Assembly: GCA_020427005.1 (NCBI GenBank) | Contig: JAGQOY010000001.1 | Location: 65,716-129,715 of the forward strand | Length of the DNA: 64,000 bases | Direction: 5' to 3' | Source of the DNA: Planctomycetales bacterium | GTDB lineage: Bacteria; Planctomycetota; Planctomycetia; Pirellulales; Pirellulaceae | Part shown: one piece after another, positions 47,487-58,214 of the stretch | Layout of the letters: each line of letters opens with the position of its first letter | Position numbering within the stretch: position 1 is the first letter of the stretch | Position numbers and translations under genes: made by a program | The notes under the pieces: generated by a model | The model's input: only the letters and a program-made list of their open reading frames with translations | Told to the model about the DNA's origin: nothing | Databases searched by the model: none

Positions 47487-48926
47487 TTATTTCGATTGCT
47501 TGTGCAGCTCGTTCATCATCTCGAGCATCTGGCCTGTGATCATCTCAGATGCATCTAATTGAACTCGATTGGTACCCATCCATGTCTCATAGCCTCCGAG
47601 TGCGTGCTGTTCCGGGGTCGGTAGGTATCCGTAGGACCCGCCTGCTAGCTCGATAGTAAAGCAATCTGCTAACGGGCAATTTTTCTTGATCTCCAAGCCG
47701 ATCTCTGTGAATACTTCAAATGGGATAGCGGCAATCGCGAGTTCGCCAATTCTTAGCGCTTGCAGTGGAACAACGACCGTATCGGGTGAGTTTGCCAACT
47801 GAGCAACTCGCTCGGCATAAGTTAGTTCATGTTGGTGATAGGCAGGTTGCCCTGCAGGTCGAGCCTTGACCTGTTCAAAGTACTGCAACATTTCTGCGGT
47901 TGGATGGCGTACAGAAAGCGTTAGTTCGGTTCTTCGGGCGTCGAGTGAAACCCATGAATGATACTGGATGCCTGGCATAGCTTCTGCCACGCGCCGAGCA
48001 ACAAGTCTACCTACTTGTTCCATCTTCTCAAAAGGTGGTAGCGAGGGTCCACGATCGCGAAAGTTGATGTTGTTCACGTCTCCACTCGTGCCATTGCTGA
48101 GGATACCAACAAATGGCGGATATTGTGGCTGGACCTGCAATTCATCCGCCAATCGCCTAGCAAAGACGGCAAAATAGTCAGCCGAAATGACGCGCGACGG
48201 CACGCCCCCCACGTAGTGCAATGAATAGTTTGCCACTACGGCTAACGGCCTTCCATCCATTGATTTGACTGCCAAAAAAGAAAGCTCCGGGTCGACAGGT
48301 CCGGCTGGTCGCAGCAACGTTGATTTGCCGGGGTTCATGCGCACCTGGTCGACACCGCCAAACGGATTCCGTCGTTGATCTTCTTCTGCTACAAACCATC
48401 GTCGATTGAACAATTCTGATGGCTCCTCGACACTGCCCCATCCGACCTGGGCTGGTTCCAAACGTTTATGGGCAATTCGAACGGCGTCTACAATCCGGTC
48501 CGCCAAGAATTCCTGATAGTTATCCAATTGTTCTGCCAAGACCGTTGGATTTTCGCTACGTGCGGAACTGGCCGAGTGCGTATGGGTGGCCGCGTAGAGT
48601 TGATTCTCGGGAGGGATATCGAGTTTTTCGCTCACCCGCTTGCGAGCCGCGTCGAAAACTTCGCGAGGTATGCCTACATTGTCGCACAAGCCGATGACTA
48701 GCTGTGTTTGGCCATCATCCAGAACTAGGCATCTCACATGCAGTTCATCGTGAACTTCGTCTGCTGGTAATGGCGTCCAACCACCAACGATCAAGGCACC
48801 CAACGGCGGCGTGATGTTACTTGTAGCCGCCCCAGCACGAAAAACTCTCTCTTTTTCCTCTGCTGGAGACAATCGACACAGAAGAAGAGAGTTTATCAGT
48901 AAACAAACAGCGATATAGCGTTTCAT
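47487..48926 (-). CDS. Neutral/alkaline ceramidase-like hydrolase (exported)
   Basis: RAGAATSNITPP, ATHTHSA, NYSLHY, GTSGD, PFEVF, GYLPT; signal peptide. Confidence 0.8.
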   Translation of the reverse strand: MKRYIAVCLLINSLLLCRLSPAEEKERVFRAGAATSNITPPLGALIVGGWTPLPADEVHDELHVRCLVLDDGQTQLVIGLCDNVGIPREVFDAARKRVSEKLDIPPENQLYAATHTHSASSARSENPTVLAEQLDNYQEFLADRIVDAVRIAHKRLEPAQVGWGSVEEPSELFNRRWFVAEEDQRRNPFGGVDQVRMNPGKSTLLRPAGPVDPELSFLAVKSMDGRPLAVVANYSLHYVGGVPSRVISADYFAVFARRLADELQVQPQYPPFVGILSNGTSGDVNNINFRDRGPSLPPFEKMEQVGRLVARRVAEAMPGIQYHSWVSLDARRTELTLSVRHPTAEMLQYFEQVKARPAGQPAYHQHELTYAERVAQLANSPDTVVVPLQALRIGELAIAAIPFEVFTEIGLEIKKNCPLADCFTIELAGGSYGYLPTPEQHALGGYETWMGTNRVQLDASEMITGQMLEMMNELHKQSK

Positions 48927-48953
48927 GGAATACTCTACTAACTCAGGGCACTG

Positions 48954-50456
48954 TTACTTGTTGTTTTCACGAATTACCAGCAATCGTGGTTCGGTCATGT
49001 CCTCGATAGCATAGCGTACACCTTCGCGCCCCAGCCCGCTATCCTTGACTCCGCCATAGGGCATATGGTCGACGCGCCAGGAGGGAACATCGCCAACCAC
49101 CACGCCACCGACCTCTATTTCGTCCCAGGCTCGCAGGGCTCTGTACAGATCACGAGTGAAAACACCTGCTTGCAATCCAAAATCACTTGCATTGACCTGT
49201 CGAAGTGCATCCTCGAAGTTGGCATATTGGCTCAGGATCGCTACCGGCCCAAAAACCTCGCGTGCACAAACGGGTAATGCCTCAGGCACATCTTCAAGCA
49301 GAGTGGCGTCGACCATGCAGCCGTTTTGGTTGCCACCACAAAGCAGACTCGCCCCACCGGCAACCGCTTCATCAATCCAAGCCTTAATGCGTTGGGCTTC
49401 GGATAAGGAAATAATCGGACCGATAAATGTTTTTTCGTCCCGTGGATCTCCCATTTGCAGCGTGCGGGTCCGCGCCACTAGCAATTCTCGCAATTGTTCG
49501 TATACAATTTCATGCACCAGAATCCGCTGGACGCTTATACAGCTTTGCCCAGATTGGTAGAATGCCCCCACGATCAGTCGCTCGACAACATCATTTAGGT
49601 CGGCATCTGGTTCGACGATAGTAGCCGCATTACCCCCAAGTTCTAAGGTAACCTTCTTCTTTCTCGCTCGGGCTTTCAAGTCCCAGCCGACGTTTGGCGA
49701 GCCTGTGAAACTCAGCAACTTAATTCTGTCGTCAGTAACAATCGGTTCGGCAGCTGTTCTCGTACAGGGCAAAATTGAAAAAGCGCCGGTTGGCAAGGAT
49801 GTTTCGGCCAATATCTCGCCGATCACTAATGCCGATAGCGGTGTTCGACTGGCGGGCTTCAAGATCCATGGGCAGCCTGCAGCAATGGCTGGAGCGATTT
49901 TGTGTGCGGCTAAGTTGAGCGGAAAATTGAAAGGTGAAATGAACGCGCATGGTCCCACCGGAACTCGCTGTACCATGCCGCGATATCCATGTGCTCGGGG
50001 AGATATTTCTAGGTCCAGGACCTCGCCATTAATGCGAACGGTTTCTTCGGCGGCGATGCGAAATGTATCGATCAACCGTGTCACTTCCCCTCGACTATCT
50101 CGAATCGGTTTCCCTGCTTCTAGACACAGCAGCTGTGCCAACTCCTCACGACGTTGTTCAAATCGCGAAATACAGTTCAGCAGGATTGCTTGACGCTGAT
50201 AGGCTGGCAGTTTTCGCATTTCGTGCGAAGCAGCTGCGGCGGCAGCGATGGCACTTCGTACCGTTTCTTCACTTGCTAAGGCAACTTTTGCAAATTCGAG
50301 TCCGGAATACTTATCGGTGACGGACAAGGCCGTGTTGGGCATTTGCGGTTGATTGGCTAACCAATACGGATGTTCAGAAACCATGTTTTGAACTCGTGAA
50401 TGCTTGCTTCCAGTAGTGACCATGTGGTTCCATTTCTTGGACGCATCGATGGCCAT
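48954..50456 (-). CDS. NAD(P)-dependent aldehyde dehydrogenase family protein (start may be 50384)
   Basis: PFNFPLN, FTGS, LELGGN, GQSCIS (catalytic Cys), EVFGPV, PYGGVKDSG. Confidence 0.93.
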   Translation of the reverse strand: MAIDASKKWNHMVTTGSKHSRVQNMVSEHPYWLANQPQMPNTALSVTDKYSGLEFAKVALASEETVRSAIAAAAAASHEMRKLPAYQRQAILLNCISRFEQRREELAQLLCLEAGKPIRDSRGEVTRLIDTFRIAAEETVRINGEVLDLEISPRAHGYRGMVQRVPVGPCAFISPFNFPLNLAAHKIAPAIAAGCPWILKPASRTPLSALVIGEILAETSLPTGAFSILPCTRTAAEPIVTDDRIKLLSFTGSPNVGWDLKARARKKKVTLELGGNAATIVEPDADLNDVVERLIVGAFYQSGQSCISVQRILVHEIVYEQLRELLVARTRTLQMGDPRDEKTFIGPIISLSEAQRIKAWIDEAVAGGASLLCGGNQNGCMVDATLLEDVPEALPVCAREVFGPVAILSQYANFEDALRQVNASDFGLQAGVFTRDLYRALRAWDEIEVGGVVVGDVPSWRVDHMPYGGVKDSGLGREGVRYAIEDMTEPRLLVIRENNK

Positions 50457-50596
50457 GTAGATCAGTTTAGTGCCGAAAAATCGTTCGTGAAAACCCGTGA
50501 CCTTGCAAACAAGCTACTCACGCATTCTACGCGTGAAAATGTCGTAAAATGGGCTCTTGCTGTCAGCTCCAGTCAACCTAGTTTAAGGAAAGAACA

Positions 50597-51451
50597 ATGC
50601 TCCGTCCAATTCTGGTTTTTTGTTTGCTTGGCCTAATGACGCTTGGATTGGACGCGGCGGAAATGATGGTGCGACGCGACATTGCCTATTGTCAACCGAC
50701 GAACGAAAGGCAATTGCTCGATATCTATTCTCCCAGCGCGGGCCAGGATCATCCTATCATCGTTTGGATTCACGGTGGCGGTTGGACCAAGGGGAACAAA
50801 ACGTCTGTACAAAACAAACCTCGTGCGTTTACGGAGCGGGGGTTCGTGTTTGTATCTACCAATTATCGTTTTGCGCCAGTTGTTGGTGTTAAGGAGATGG
50901 TTGGCGATGTGGCCAAGGCGATTCGTTGGGCTCACGACCATGCAAAGGAATTTGGCGGCGACCCGAACTCGGTTTACGTAATGGGGCACTCGGCGGGAGC
51001 CCACCTAGCGGCTCTGGTTTGTACCGACGACCGCTATCTAACAGCCGAGGGTCTGTCGCTGTCGATCATCAAGGGCTGTGTACCGGTCGATGTGTCGGTC
51101 TATGATATTCCCAAACGAATTCGGGATAGCGGCGCCACAGCACCGCCACCAGGGTTGGAAGCAATTTTTGGGGATTCGGAGGAATCTCACCAAGACCTTT
51201 CGCCTGTCACGCATATTACGAAGGGAAAAAATATTCCACCTTTCTTGATCTTGCACGTGGCAGACCGCCCCGAGACCAAAACTCAGTCGCAGTGGCTGGC
51301 AGAAAAACTTGAAGGTGCCAGTGTATGGGCGGAAGTCGTGGCAGCCGAAGGCAAGACACATGGCACGATCAACACCGAATTGGGCCTGTCCGAAGACAAG
51401 CCCACTCAGAGTCTGTTCAAGTTTTTAGCTGAGGACCATCGCAAGCCTTAG
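50597..51451 (+). CDS. Alpha/beta hydrolase (HSL-like esterase/lipase), exported
   Basis: HGGGW oxyanion motif, GHSAG nucleophile elbow, C-terminal THG. Confidence 0.9.
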   Translation: MLRPILVFCLLGLMTLGLDAAEMMVRRDIAYCQPTNERQLLDIYSPSAGQDHPIIVWIHGGGWTKGNKTSVQNKPRAFTERGFVFVSTNYRFAPVVGVKEMVGDVAKAIRWAHDHAKEFGGDPNSVYVMGHSAGAHLAALVCTDDRYLTAEGLSLSIIKGCVPVDVSVYDIPKRIRDSGATAPPPGLEAIFGDSEESHQDLSPVTHITKGKNIPPFLILHVADRPETKTQSQWLAEKLEGASVWAEVVAAEGKTHGTINTELGLSEDKPTQSLFKFLAEDHRKP

Positions 51452-51479
51452 TAGTAAGACCTCGCGTAGTGGCACTGCC

Positions 51480-51508
51480 CCGGCCACTCGCACATCGCGG
51501 CTCACTAT
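51480..51508 (-). repeat. Single REP-like element, family 4 (ATAGTGAGCCGCG...GGCCGG)
   Basis: The reverse complement begins atagtgagcc, as at 42311. Confidence 0.45.
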
Positions 51509-51603
51509 ATTAACTCGCCAGCTTGTCTCGCTGTTACAGGTTATTGGTCGCCCGTGTCATCGGCGGTGGAACTGAGTTTGATGCCGAGTTGACCTGAGGG
51601 GCG

Positions 51604-52611
51604 TTAAGGTTGCACGCGGACGAGCTTCATAATGCGTCCTGAGACGTTCCAATCCTGCACATATAAGTTTCCGTCCCGATCCCAATAAGAGCCGTGTGTG
51701 CCACTGAAGATGCCTTCGATCCATTGTTCTTGGGGTACGTTGAAATTGCCGCGTTTATCGGGATCAGGATTGTGGCCAAGGACCGCCATGATGGTGTTGC
51801 TTTTATCGAGGATAACCAATCTACCATGCAAATCAGGAACTGAAACGTAGTCTCCTTGAATGGCGACCGAGGTGGGCATTCCCAATCCTGTGATAACTTC
51901 TTCGATGTACTCACCTTCCAACGAGTAATGCAAGAGCCTACCCTTGGGCTGGTGGTTGCGATCGCAAATCAATAGGCGAGGCGGATCGTATCGCGTATCC
52001 AGCGTCATCCCATGCGCGGTGTTGAACTGCTTGAGTTCGTTACCTTTCTCTCCAAAATGCATTTGGTACTTGCCGCGAGGGTCATATTTGAAGATGTAGT
52101 TACTGGCGTAACCGTCTGACAGATAAATATCCCCGTTGGGAGCCACGGTTATGGCAGTGGGGTTGAATTTGGTAAGCCCTAGTCCACTCTCCTCAGGGAA
52201 TTTAAGTCGTAATACAATTTCCCCGGAACGAGCGTTGAACTTAATTCCTTCAGCGTCTTGATTGCGCGCACCATAAATAAATTCCTGACCTTCCTCCTCA
52301 CGAATCTCCATGTCGTGGATATTACTGTAGTCGCTGCCTAAATAAGACTGCACGACCTCTCCCTCCGGGGAAAACACAAACACTCCTGCTCGTGCACTCG
52401 TGTAGATGTGTCCATCCTTGTCAATCACGACCGAACCGTGTGTTGGACCAATGGATGACTTGCCGTCGGGTCGCAATCCCCACCCTGGAACAGTATCAAA
52501 TGTCATTATGCCACAGCCCATGCGAACAGGTGCAGTTAATTGTTGCGCAATAAGAGGGCAGGCCGTACTTAACAGACAGAGGACAGTCAAGAGTTGTGTT
52601 TGCATATTCAA
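51604..52611 (-). CDS. NHL-repeat six-bladed beta-propeller protein (peptidylglycine amidating lyase-like)
   Basis: PTAITVAPNGDIYLSDGY, FNTAHGMTLD, ICDR, HGSYWD...GNLYVQDWN; signal peptide. Confidence 0.8.
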   Translation of the reverse strand: MNMQTQLLTVLCLLSTACPLIAQQLTAPVRMGCGIMTFDTVPGWGLRPDGKSSIGPTHGSVVIDKDGHIYTSARAGVFVFSPEGEVVQSYLGSDYSNIHDMEIREEEGQEFIYGARNQDAEGIKFNARSGEIVLRLKFPEESGLGLTKFNPTAITVAPNGDIYLSDGYASNYIFKYDPRGKYQMHFGEKGNELKQFNTAHGMTLDTRYDPPRLLICDRNHQPKGRLLHYSLEGEYIEEVITGLGMPTSVAIQGDYVSVPDLHGRLVILDKSNTIMAVLGHNPDPDKRGNFNVPQEQWIEGIFSGTHGSYWDRDGNLYVQDWNVSGRIMKLVRVQP

Positions 52612-52713
52612 GTACCAAAATTCGGAAGAAGCAAGGATTCACAAAAAGCAGTATTTGAGAAACATAAGTGGAAGTTAGTCAGCGATTTTCAGACGCAACT
52701 ATCGAACACGCGA

Positions 52714-52778
52714 ACCCTCCCCGGAAAAGGCGTCGTCGAATCGCCGCCGCCGTTTCCTACCCTCCCAACCGGGAGGTT
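52714..52778 (+). repeat. REP-like element, family 2
   Basis: accctccccggaaaagg...accctcccaaccgggagg. Confidence 0.5.
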
Positions 52779-53090
52779 TGTTGTACAGTTGTTTTGGGGT
52801 CGTTCATTTTGCCCGACGATTTTGCACACCTTGGGGGTCGCCTTCAAATCAGCATCCAACCAATGTCATAGCTTTGCAAGACAAAAGGCCAAATAGCAAA
52901 CGATACTCTCGTCAGGCAGGTGAGAGTATACCTTATTCTTGGTGCGTTATTGGTAACATCCGTCGCTTTGCAGATCCTGGGCCGTTTTTGCATCGCCCCT
53001 GTCCAAAGTTCCCTAGCATGGGCAAGCTTAGAGCGGGTGACTGGCAATCTTAGGACGTCCAGATTATCGCAGGCAAATTAGGTTATAATT

Positions 53091-55868
53091 TTGCCTCTCC
53101 ACGTGGTGGCAAAAAAACAATTCAAGCTCGCCATCCTGAGTCAACATTTTTCTTCCAGATCGAAGGTGACGTCGATGAGAACTTTCTCTTGCCTGGCCAT
53201 TTGGTTACTTTGCTTGGTTGGCACGAGAGCCTTTGCTCAGCCTGCGCTTCAATTGCTGCCGAATGACCGTATCTGCCTCGTTGGAAACGCACTTGGCGAA
53301 CGGATGCAACATCATAATCACTGGGAAACATTGCTTTACCAAAGTTATCCAGACCACAAATTGTCGGTACGCAACCTGTGTTTTCCGGGAGACGAGCCCG
53401 TATTGCGACTACGGTCCAAGAACTTTGGAACACCCGATGAGCACTTGGCTCATTCTCAAGCAACGGTGGTGCTTTATTTTTTCGGATTCAACGAGTCGTT
53501 TGCAGGTGAGCAAGGTCGGGGTGAGTTTGGCAAGCAGATTCGTGAGTTGATCGAACATACGCGGAAGCAGAATTACAGTGGTCGAGGTGAACCACGCATT
53601 GTATTGGTATCTCCGATAGCCTTCGAAAATACGGGTGACCCCAATTTGCCTACCGGCGATCAACAAAATGTCCAGCTCAAGGCCTACACCGAAACTTTGG
53701 CATCCGTGGCCAAGGTTTCTGGAGTTGGATTTGTCGATTTGTTTTCGCCCTCGATGCAGTTGTTCCAGTCCAGTGATCAGCGTCTAACACTTAACGGTGC
53801 CCATCTAAACGATGCCGGATACCGCAAATTGGCTCCTATTCTGATGCAAGGACTTGTTGGAGAAACTCCCGTAGCGAGTTCCTTGGATACCAAGCAGATT
53901 GCTCGTTTAAAAACGGAGATTGATGACAAGAACTTTCACTGGTGGCATCGCTACCGGGCAGTCAATGGGTTTTCGATTTATGGTGATCGAGGGCAAGCAG
54001 GCTCCGACGGTACCTATAACAATACCGATGTCATGGAACGGGAACGATCGATTTTGGATCAAATGACTGCGAATCGTGACGAAAGGATTTGGTCACTGGC
54101 CAATGGAAAAGAGGTGTCGGTCACATGCGATGACAGCAATACCTTGGCATTTATTGAACCTCGTACCAATGTAGGCATTCCCGATGATCCTAATATTCGA
54201 AATGGAAAGTTAGGATCGCTGGATTACCTTTCAGCTAGCGAACAACAAAAAATGTTCAAGTTGGCAGCCGGTTACGAAATCAGTTTGTTTGCCTCGGAAG
54301 AGCAATTCCCAGAACTGGCCAACCCTGTCGCCTTGAACTTCGATAATGCGGGACGATTGTGGGTGGCTACCATGCCTTCGTATCCGCAATGGAAACCGAA
54401 GACGACACTCAACGATCAGCTCATAATTCTTGAGGACAAGAACAGCGATGGCAAGGCAGATGATTGCAAGGTATTTGCTGGCGGGCTGCATCAACCAACC
54501 GGATTTGAATTTGGCAATGGAGGTGTCTACGTTGCCCAACAGCCGGACTTACTATTCCTTCAAGATACGGATGGAGATGATCGAGAAGACACGCGAATTC
54601 GACGTCTCGTTGGATTGGATTCTGCTGATTCGCATCATGGAATCTCAGCGTTTACATGGGGACCCGGAGGCAATTTGTATTTCCAGGAAGGTACTTTCAA
54701 GTATTCTCAAGTTGAGAGCCCTTATGGATTGACTCGCTTGGCGGAGGCTGGAATTTGGCGATACAACCCACGGACCGAAGAGGTCGCAGTCCACGTGTCG
54801 TTTTCGTTTGCCAATCCTTGGGGGCACGTTTTCGATCGATGGGGGCAAGATCTAATTGCAGATGCTTCGCCGGGATTCAGTTATTGGGCTGCTCCAATTT
54901 CGGGGCATGTCTCCTATCCTCGGAAACATCCGGGTGGCTCGCAATACAAACGCGTGGCCGAACTGTTTGATATGGACCCGTCGATTGATTACCCAACATT
55001 CTATCCCAAACGGACGCGCCCATCGGCAGGTTGCGAATTGGTCTCAAGTCGACATTTTCCTCCTGAAGATCAAGGTAACTTTCTGTTGACCAACTGCATC
55101 GGTGATCGAGCGGTTCTCAATCACAAAGTGAAGGATGGTGATTCAGGTTTCGATGGAGAAGAAGTTACGCCACTGGTTTACTGTGAAGACGGAAATTTCC
55201 GACCTGTTGACATACAATTCGCGCCAGATGGTTCGCTATACATTGTGGACTGGCATAATGCGTTGATTGGTCACCTGCAACACAACCTGCGCGAGCCCAA
55301 TCGAGATCATTCGCATGGCAGAATTTGGCGTGTGACTTACCAGGGCCGCCCGCTGGTAGACGCTCCAAATATCGCTGGACAGAGTATTGAAATGCTTCTG
55401 GAGGCATTAAAGGAGCCCGAAGATAGGACGCGTTATCGCGCCCGACGTGAGATTGGCGAACGTCCGACTGAAGAAGTCCTTGCGGCCACCGAGAATTGGC
55501 TGAAACATCTTGACGGCAATGATCCGGAAGCTGTGCATCATGAGCTGGAGGCGCTATGGGTTTACCAATCGCACAATACGTTGAATCAGAATCTGCTGGA
55601 GAAGTTGCTAACATGTTCCGACTTCCGCGCACGAGCGGCCGCAACTCGGGTCCTAAGTTTCTGGCTGACCAAAGCAAAACGGCCAATGGAACTGTTGAAA
55701 GTACTCGTTAATGACGAGCACCCGCGCGTAAGGTTGGAAGCTGTCCGAGCGCTCAGTTTTTCAACAGACGAAGGGGCAATGGAAATCGCCTTGGATGTCT
55801 TGAACCACGAAATGGATGAGTATTTGCAATACACACTTGACGAGACCATGAAAACACTCGAGCAATAA
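53091..55868 (+). CDS. PVC-type membrane-bound dehydrogenase-like protein: SGNH/GDSL domain, sugar-dehydrogenase-type propeller, HEAT repeats (likely start 53175)
   Basis: SGNH block (GNALGER, FGFNES, GAHLN); propeller motifs FASEEQFPELANP, FRPVD...PDGSLYIVDW, HGRIWRVTY; HEAT-like helical C-terminus. Confidence 0.85.
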   Translation: MPLHVVAKKQFKLAILSQHFSSRSKVTSMRTFSCLAIWLLCLVGTRAFAQPALQLLPNDRICLVGNALGERMQHHNHWETLLYQSYPDHKLSVRNLCFPGDEPVLRLRSKNFGTPDEHLAHSQATVVLYFFGFNESFAGEQGRGEFGKQIRELIEHTRKQNYSGRGEPRIVLVSPIAFENTGDPNLPTGDQQNVQLKAYTETLASVAKVSGVGFVDLFSPSMQLFQSSDQRLTLNGAHLNDAGYRKLAPILMQGLVGETPVASSLDTKQIARLKTEIDDKNFHWWHRYRAVNGFSIYGDRGQAGSDGTYNNTDVMERERSILDQMTANRDERIWSLANGKEVSVTCDDSNTLAFIEPRTNVGIPDDPNIRNGKLGSLDYLSASEQQKMFKLAAGYEISLFASEEQFPELANPVALNFDNAGRLWVATMPSYPQWKPKTTLNDQLIILEDKNSDGKADDCKVFAGGLHQPTGFEFGNGGVYVAQQPDLLFLQDTDGDDREDTRIRRLVGLDSADSHHGISAFTWGPGGNLYFQEGTFKYSQVESPYGLTRLAEAGIWRYNPRTEEVAVHVSFSFANPWGHVFDRWGQDLIADASPGFSYWAAPISGHVSYPRKHPGGSQYKRVAELFDMDPSIDYPTFYPKRTRPSAGCELVSSRHFPPEDQGNFLLTNCIGDRAVLNHKVKDGDSGFDGEEVTPLVYCEDGNFRPVDIQFAPDGSLYIVDWHNALIGHLQHNLREPNRDHSHGRIWRVTYQGRPLVDAPNIAGQSIEMLLEALKEPEDRTRYRARREIGERPTEEVLAATENWLKHLDGNDPEAVHHELEALWVYQSHNTLNQNLLEKLLTCSDFRARAAATRVLSFWLTKAKRPMELLKVLVNDEHPRVRLEAVRALSFSTDEGAMEIALDVLNHEMDEYLQYTLDETMKTLEQ

Positions 55869-55952
55869 ACTTGCAAATCAAAAGTAGCCCAACCATTTTG
55901 AAAACGTTCTGAGTTCCTGCTTAGCCAGCTCACTGCTTGATGCCTTGACAGT

Positions 55953-57923
55953 TTGCTTTTCGTTGAGAGTTTCTTTATGTACGGGATAGGTTCTGCGCGA
56001 TCGGTCTCAATTCTGATTGCTCTATTTAGCTTGGGATCCACTCAAAGTCTATTTGCCCAACACGATCATTCGGATGAGACCGCTAAGGTCAGTGTCCCGA
56101 AAATCTATTTGGACAAAAGCCCAAAAATCGTTGAATACCAGCTCCAGCGACTTTCAAACGATCAATTGTTAGCTATTGAACGCACTTCGGAGGATTTGAA
56201 ATACGTGCCTGTATATAGCGCCATCCTGATGCGAGAGGGTATGCCGCGGGCGGAGCGAGGTGCTGCCTTGGATGCGTTGGTGAAACTCAAGAAAACATCT
56301 CCAGTTCATGAATTGGTCGAAGCACTCAAGACACTTCCCGGTAGCTCAAAGGGCAATGAGGGAAGGCGAGCCAGTTTGGCGGAATCGTTGTATTTACAAA
56401 GCAAGACCGCCCTCACCGAACATCAGGAATTGTTACAGGACTTAACCAAGCATAGCGATGATCAGCTAAGTGCGATTGGTTATGCGGCTCTCTTCGTGGC
56501 CGGACAAGCAGATGCCTTGTGGCAGTCCTCTGAATCGGCCACCCAGATCAACCGATTGCTCAGCGGCTTGCAGATGGTTCCTCAGGCAGCTATTCGTACC
56601 GCTCAACATGCTCAAGTATTGGCTCAAGTTGACTCTCCCGTGACTGAGAAATCTCGTCAGATCGCCATTCAAACGTTGGCCCATGTACCCGCTGGTTTTG
56701 AAGCCACGTTTCGTACACTTGCGCCGCTGATCGATATTCCACAATTGAGGGCAGATGTAATTCATACATTGCTGAAGGTTCCGCCCGAACATTTGCCACC
56801 AAAGTCCAGTTCAACACTCGCATATAAGTTAGTTGAGTACGCTGAAAACACTCCTGCGGCGGAACGAACTAACGAGACTTTTTTGGATACGGCTCAGTTG
56901 GTGGACTCATTACTGGCCAAATTGCCAAGTTCGAAATCTCAGCCGCTGCGTGAGAGATTGCGAGCAACTACAGTTCGGGTTATTCGTGTGCGAACTGTCC
57001 ATGAAGAGATGCGATACGATCTGCCCTATTTTGCTGTCGAGGCAGGTAGGCCCGCCCAAGTCGTACTGATCAATGAAGACCTGATGCCGCATAATCTGGT
57101 AATTACTGTGCCCGGGGCTCTCCAGGAAGTTGCTGAGTTAGGCATGCAGGTCGGGCCCAATGGCGGATTGGATGGCAAACAATACGTGCCTCACAGCGAA
57201 AAAGTCCTTTTTGCGACCAACATGGTACCGTCCGAGCAGCAAGAAATGCTGACGTTCGTGGCACCAAACGAACCAGGCGAGTACCCTTATGTATGCACCT
57301 TTCCCCGGCACTGGATGCGCATGTACGGAGTCATGGTGGTTGTGGAAAATCTCGATGCCTGGTTACAAGATCCGCAAATACCAACCGACCCTGTAGGTAG
57401 CAATCGTTCCTTCGTAAAGAACTGGAGCGTTGAGGATTTTCCTGTGGAGGAACTCGCAGCTTCGATGCGAGGTCGGTCACCCTCAATTGGTAGCCGATTA
57501 TTTCAAGAAGCGTCTTGTGCCCAATGCCATCAAGCAGGCGCATGGCGAGACGGTACAGTCGGGCCGAATCTTGATGAACTGCTGGTTAGACAAAAAGGGA
57601 GTTGGCCAGCCGTCGTCCGAGAAATACTTGATCCGTCCCATACCATCGATCCAAAATATGCAGTGCACATTATTTTGACCGTCGAAAATCAAACGATAAC
57701 TGGATTGATCATTGGTGAAGACAAAGAGCAAGTCCTGGTATTAGATAATCCGGAATCTCGACAACCCATTCACATTCCACGCGATGACATTGAGATTATG
57801 CGCCGCACTACTATTTCGATGATGCCCAAAGGGTTGCTGGATCGGTACTCGAGAGATGAGATCTACGAACTGCTTGGTTTTTTGGAATCGATTCAGAAAG
57901 GACTTGCAGAAACAAGTCGTTGA
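55953..57923 (+). CDS. HEAT + blue-copper (azurin/auracyanin-like) + c-type cytochrome protein (likely start 55977)
   Basis: MPHNLV and YVCTFPRHWMRM type-1 copper ligands; CAQCH heme motif followed by VGPNL; SMMP axial Met motif. Confidence 0.88.
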   Translation: MLFVESFFMYGIGSARSVSILIALFSLGSTQSLFAQHDHSDETAKVSVPKIYLDKSPKIVEYQLQRLSNDQLLAIERTSEDLKYVPVYSAILMREGMPRAERGAALDALVKLKKTSPVHELVEALKTLPGSSKGNEGRRASLAESLYLQSKTALTEHQELLQDLTKHSDDQLSAIGYAALFVAGQADALWQSSESATQINRLLSGLQMVPQAAIRTAQHAQVLAQVDSPVTEKSRQIAIQTLAHVPAGFEATFRTLAPLIDIPQLRADVIHTLLKVPPEHLPPKSSSTLAYKLVEYAENTPAAERTNETFLDTAQLVDSLLAKLPSSKSQPLRERLRATTVRVIRVRTVHEEMRYDLPYFAVEAGRPAQVVLINEDLMPHNLVITVPGALQEVAELGMQVGPNGGLDGKQYVPHSEKVLFATNMVPSEQQEMLTFVAPNEPGEYPYVCTFPRHWMRMYGVMVVVENLDAWLQDPQIPTDPVGSNRSFVKNWSVEDFPVEELAASMRGRSPSIGSRLFQEASCAQCHQAGAWRDGTVGPNLDELLVRQKGSWPAVVREILDPSHTIDPKYAVHIILTVENQTITGLIIGEDKEQVLVLDNPESRQPIHIPRDDIEIMRRTTISMMPKGLLDRYSRDEIYELLGFLESIQKGLAETSR

Positions 57924-58090
57924 TTCATGGTTGCTAGCCTAACAATGAGTTTCAAAATGGTTGCCAGCACTTGCGCCCTGCACCGCCTGAGGGCTACTAG
58001 AATCAGACCTTGCGTAAGGGTGGTGTTGCTTCAGCCGCTTAATCAACGATTTCGTTGAAAATACCCGCTACTGGTCAGTGCGACTTACCT

Positions 58091-58214
58091 TAGCAGGCTG
58101 CTGAAAAAGTCGAATTGCAAAATCTTGTGGACGATTAGAATCCCGACGCGTCAGCGAGGGACCGAACAAGAATCCCTCACTTACGTTTCGGGTTACTTTT
58201 TCAGCAGCCAGCTA
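58091..58214. mobile_element. Putative 124-bp MITE with 20-bp terminal inverted repeats, enclosing a REP family 3 doublet
   Basis: Left TAGCAGGCTGCTGAAAAAGT and right (reverse complement) TAGCTGGCTGCTGAAAAAGT, 19/20 identical; internal cccgacgcgtcagcgagggac...tccctcacttacgtttcggg. Confidence 0.6.

Noticed and set aside
55869-55976. Frameshift splitting one PVC-type gene into two
   Set aside because: The second ORF has its own signal-peptide-like N-terminus, so a natural two-gene arrangement is more likely.
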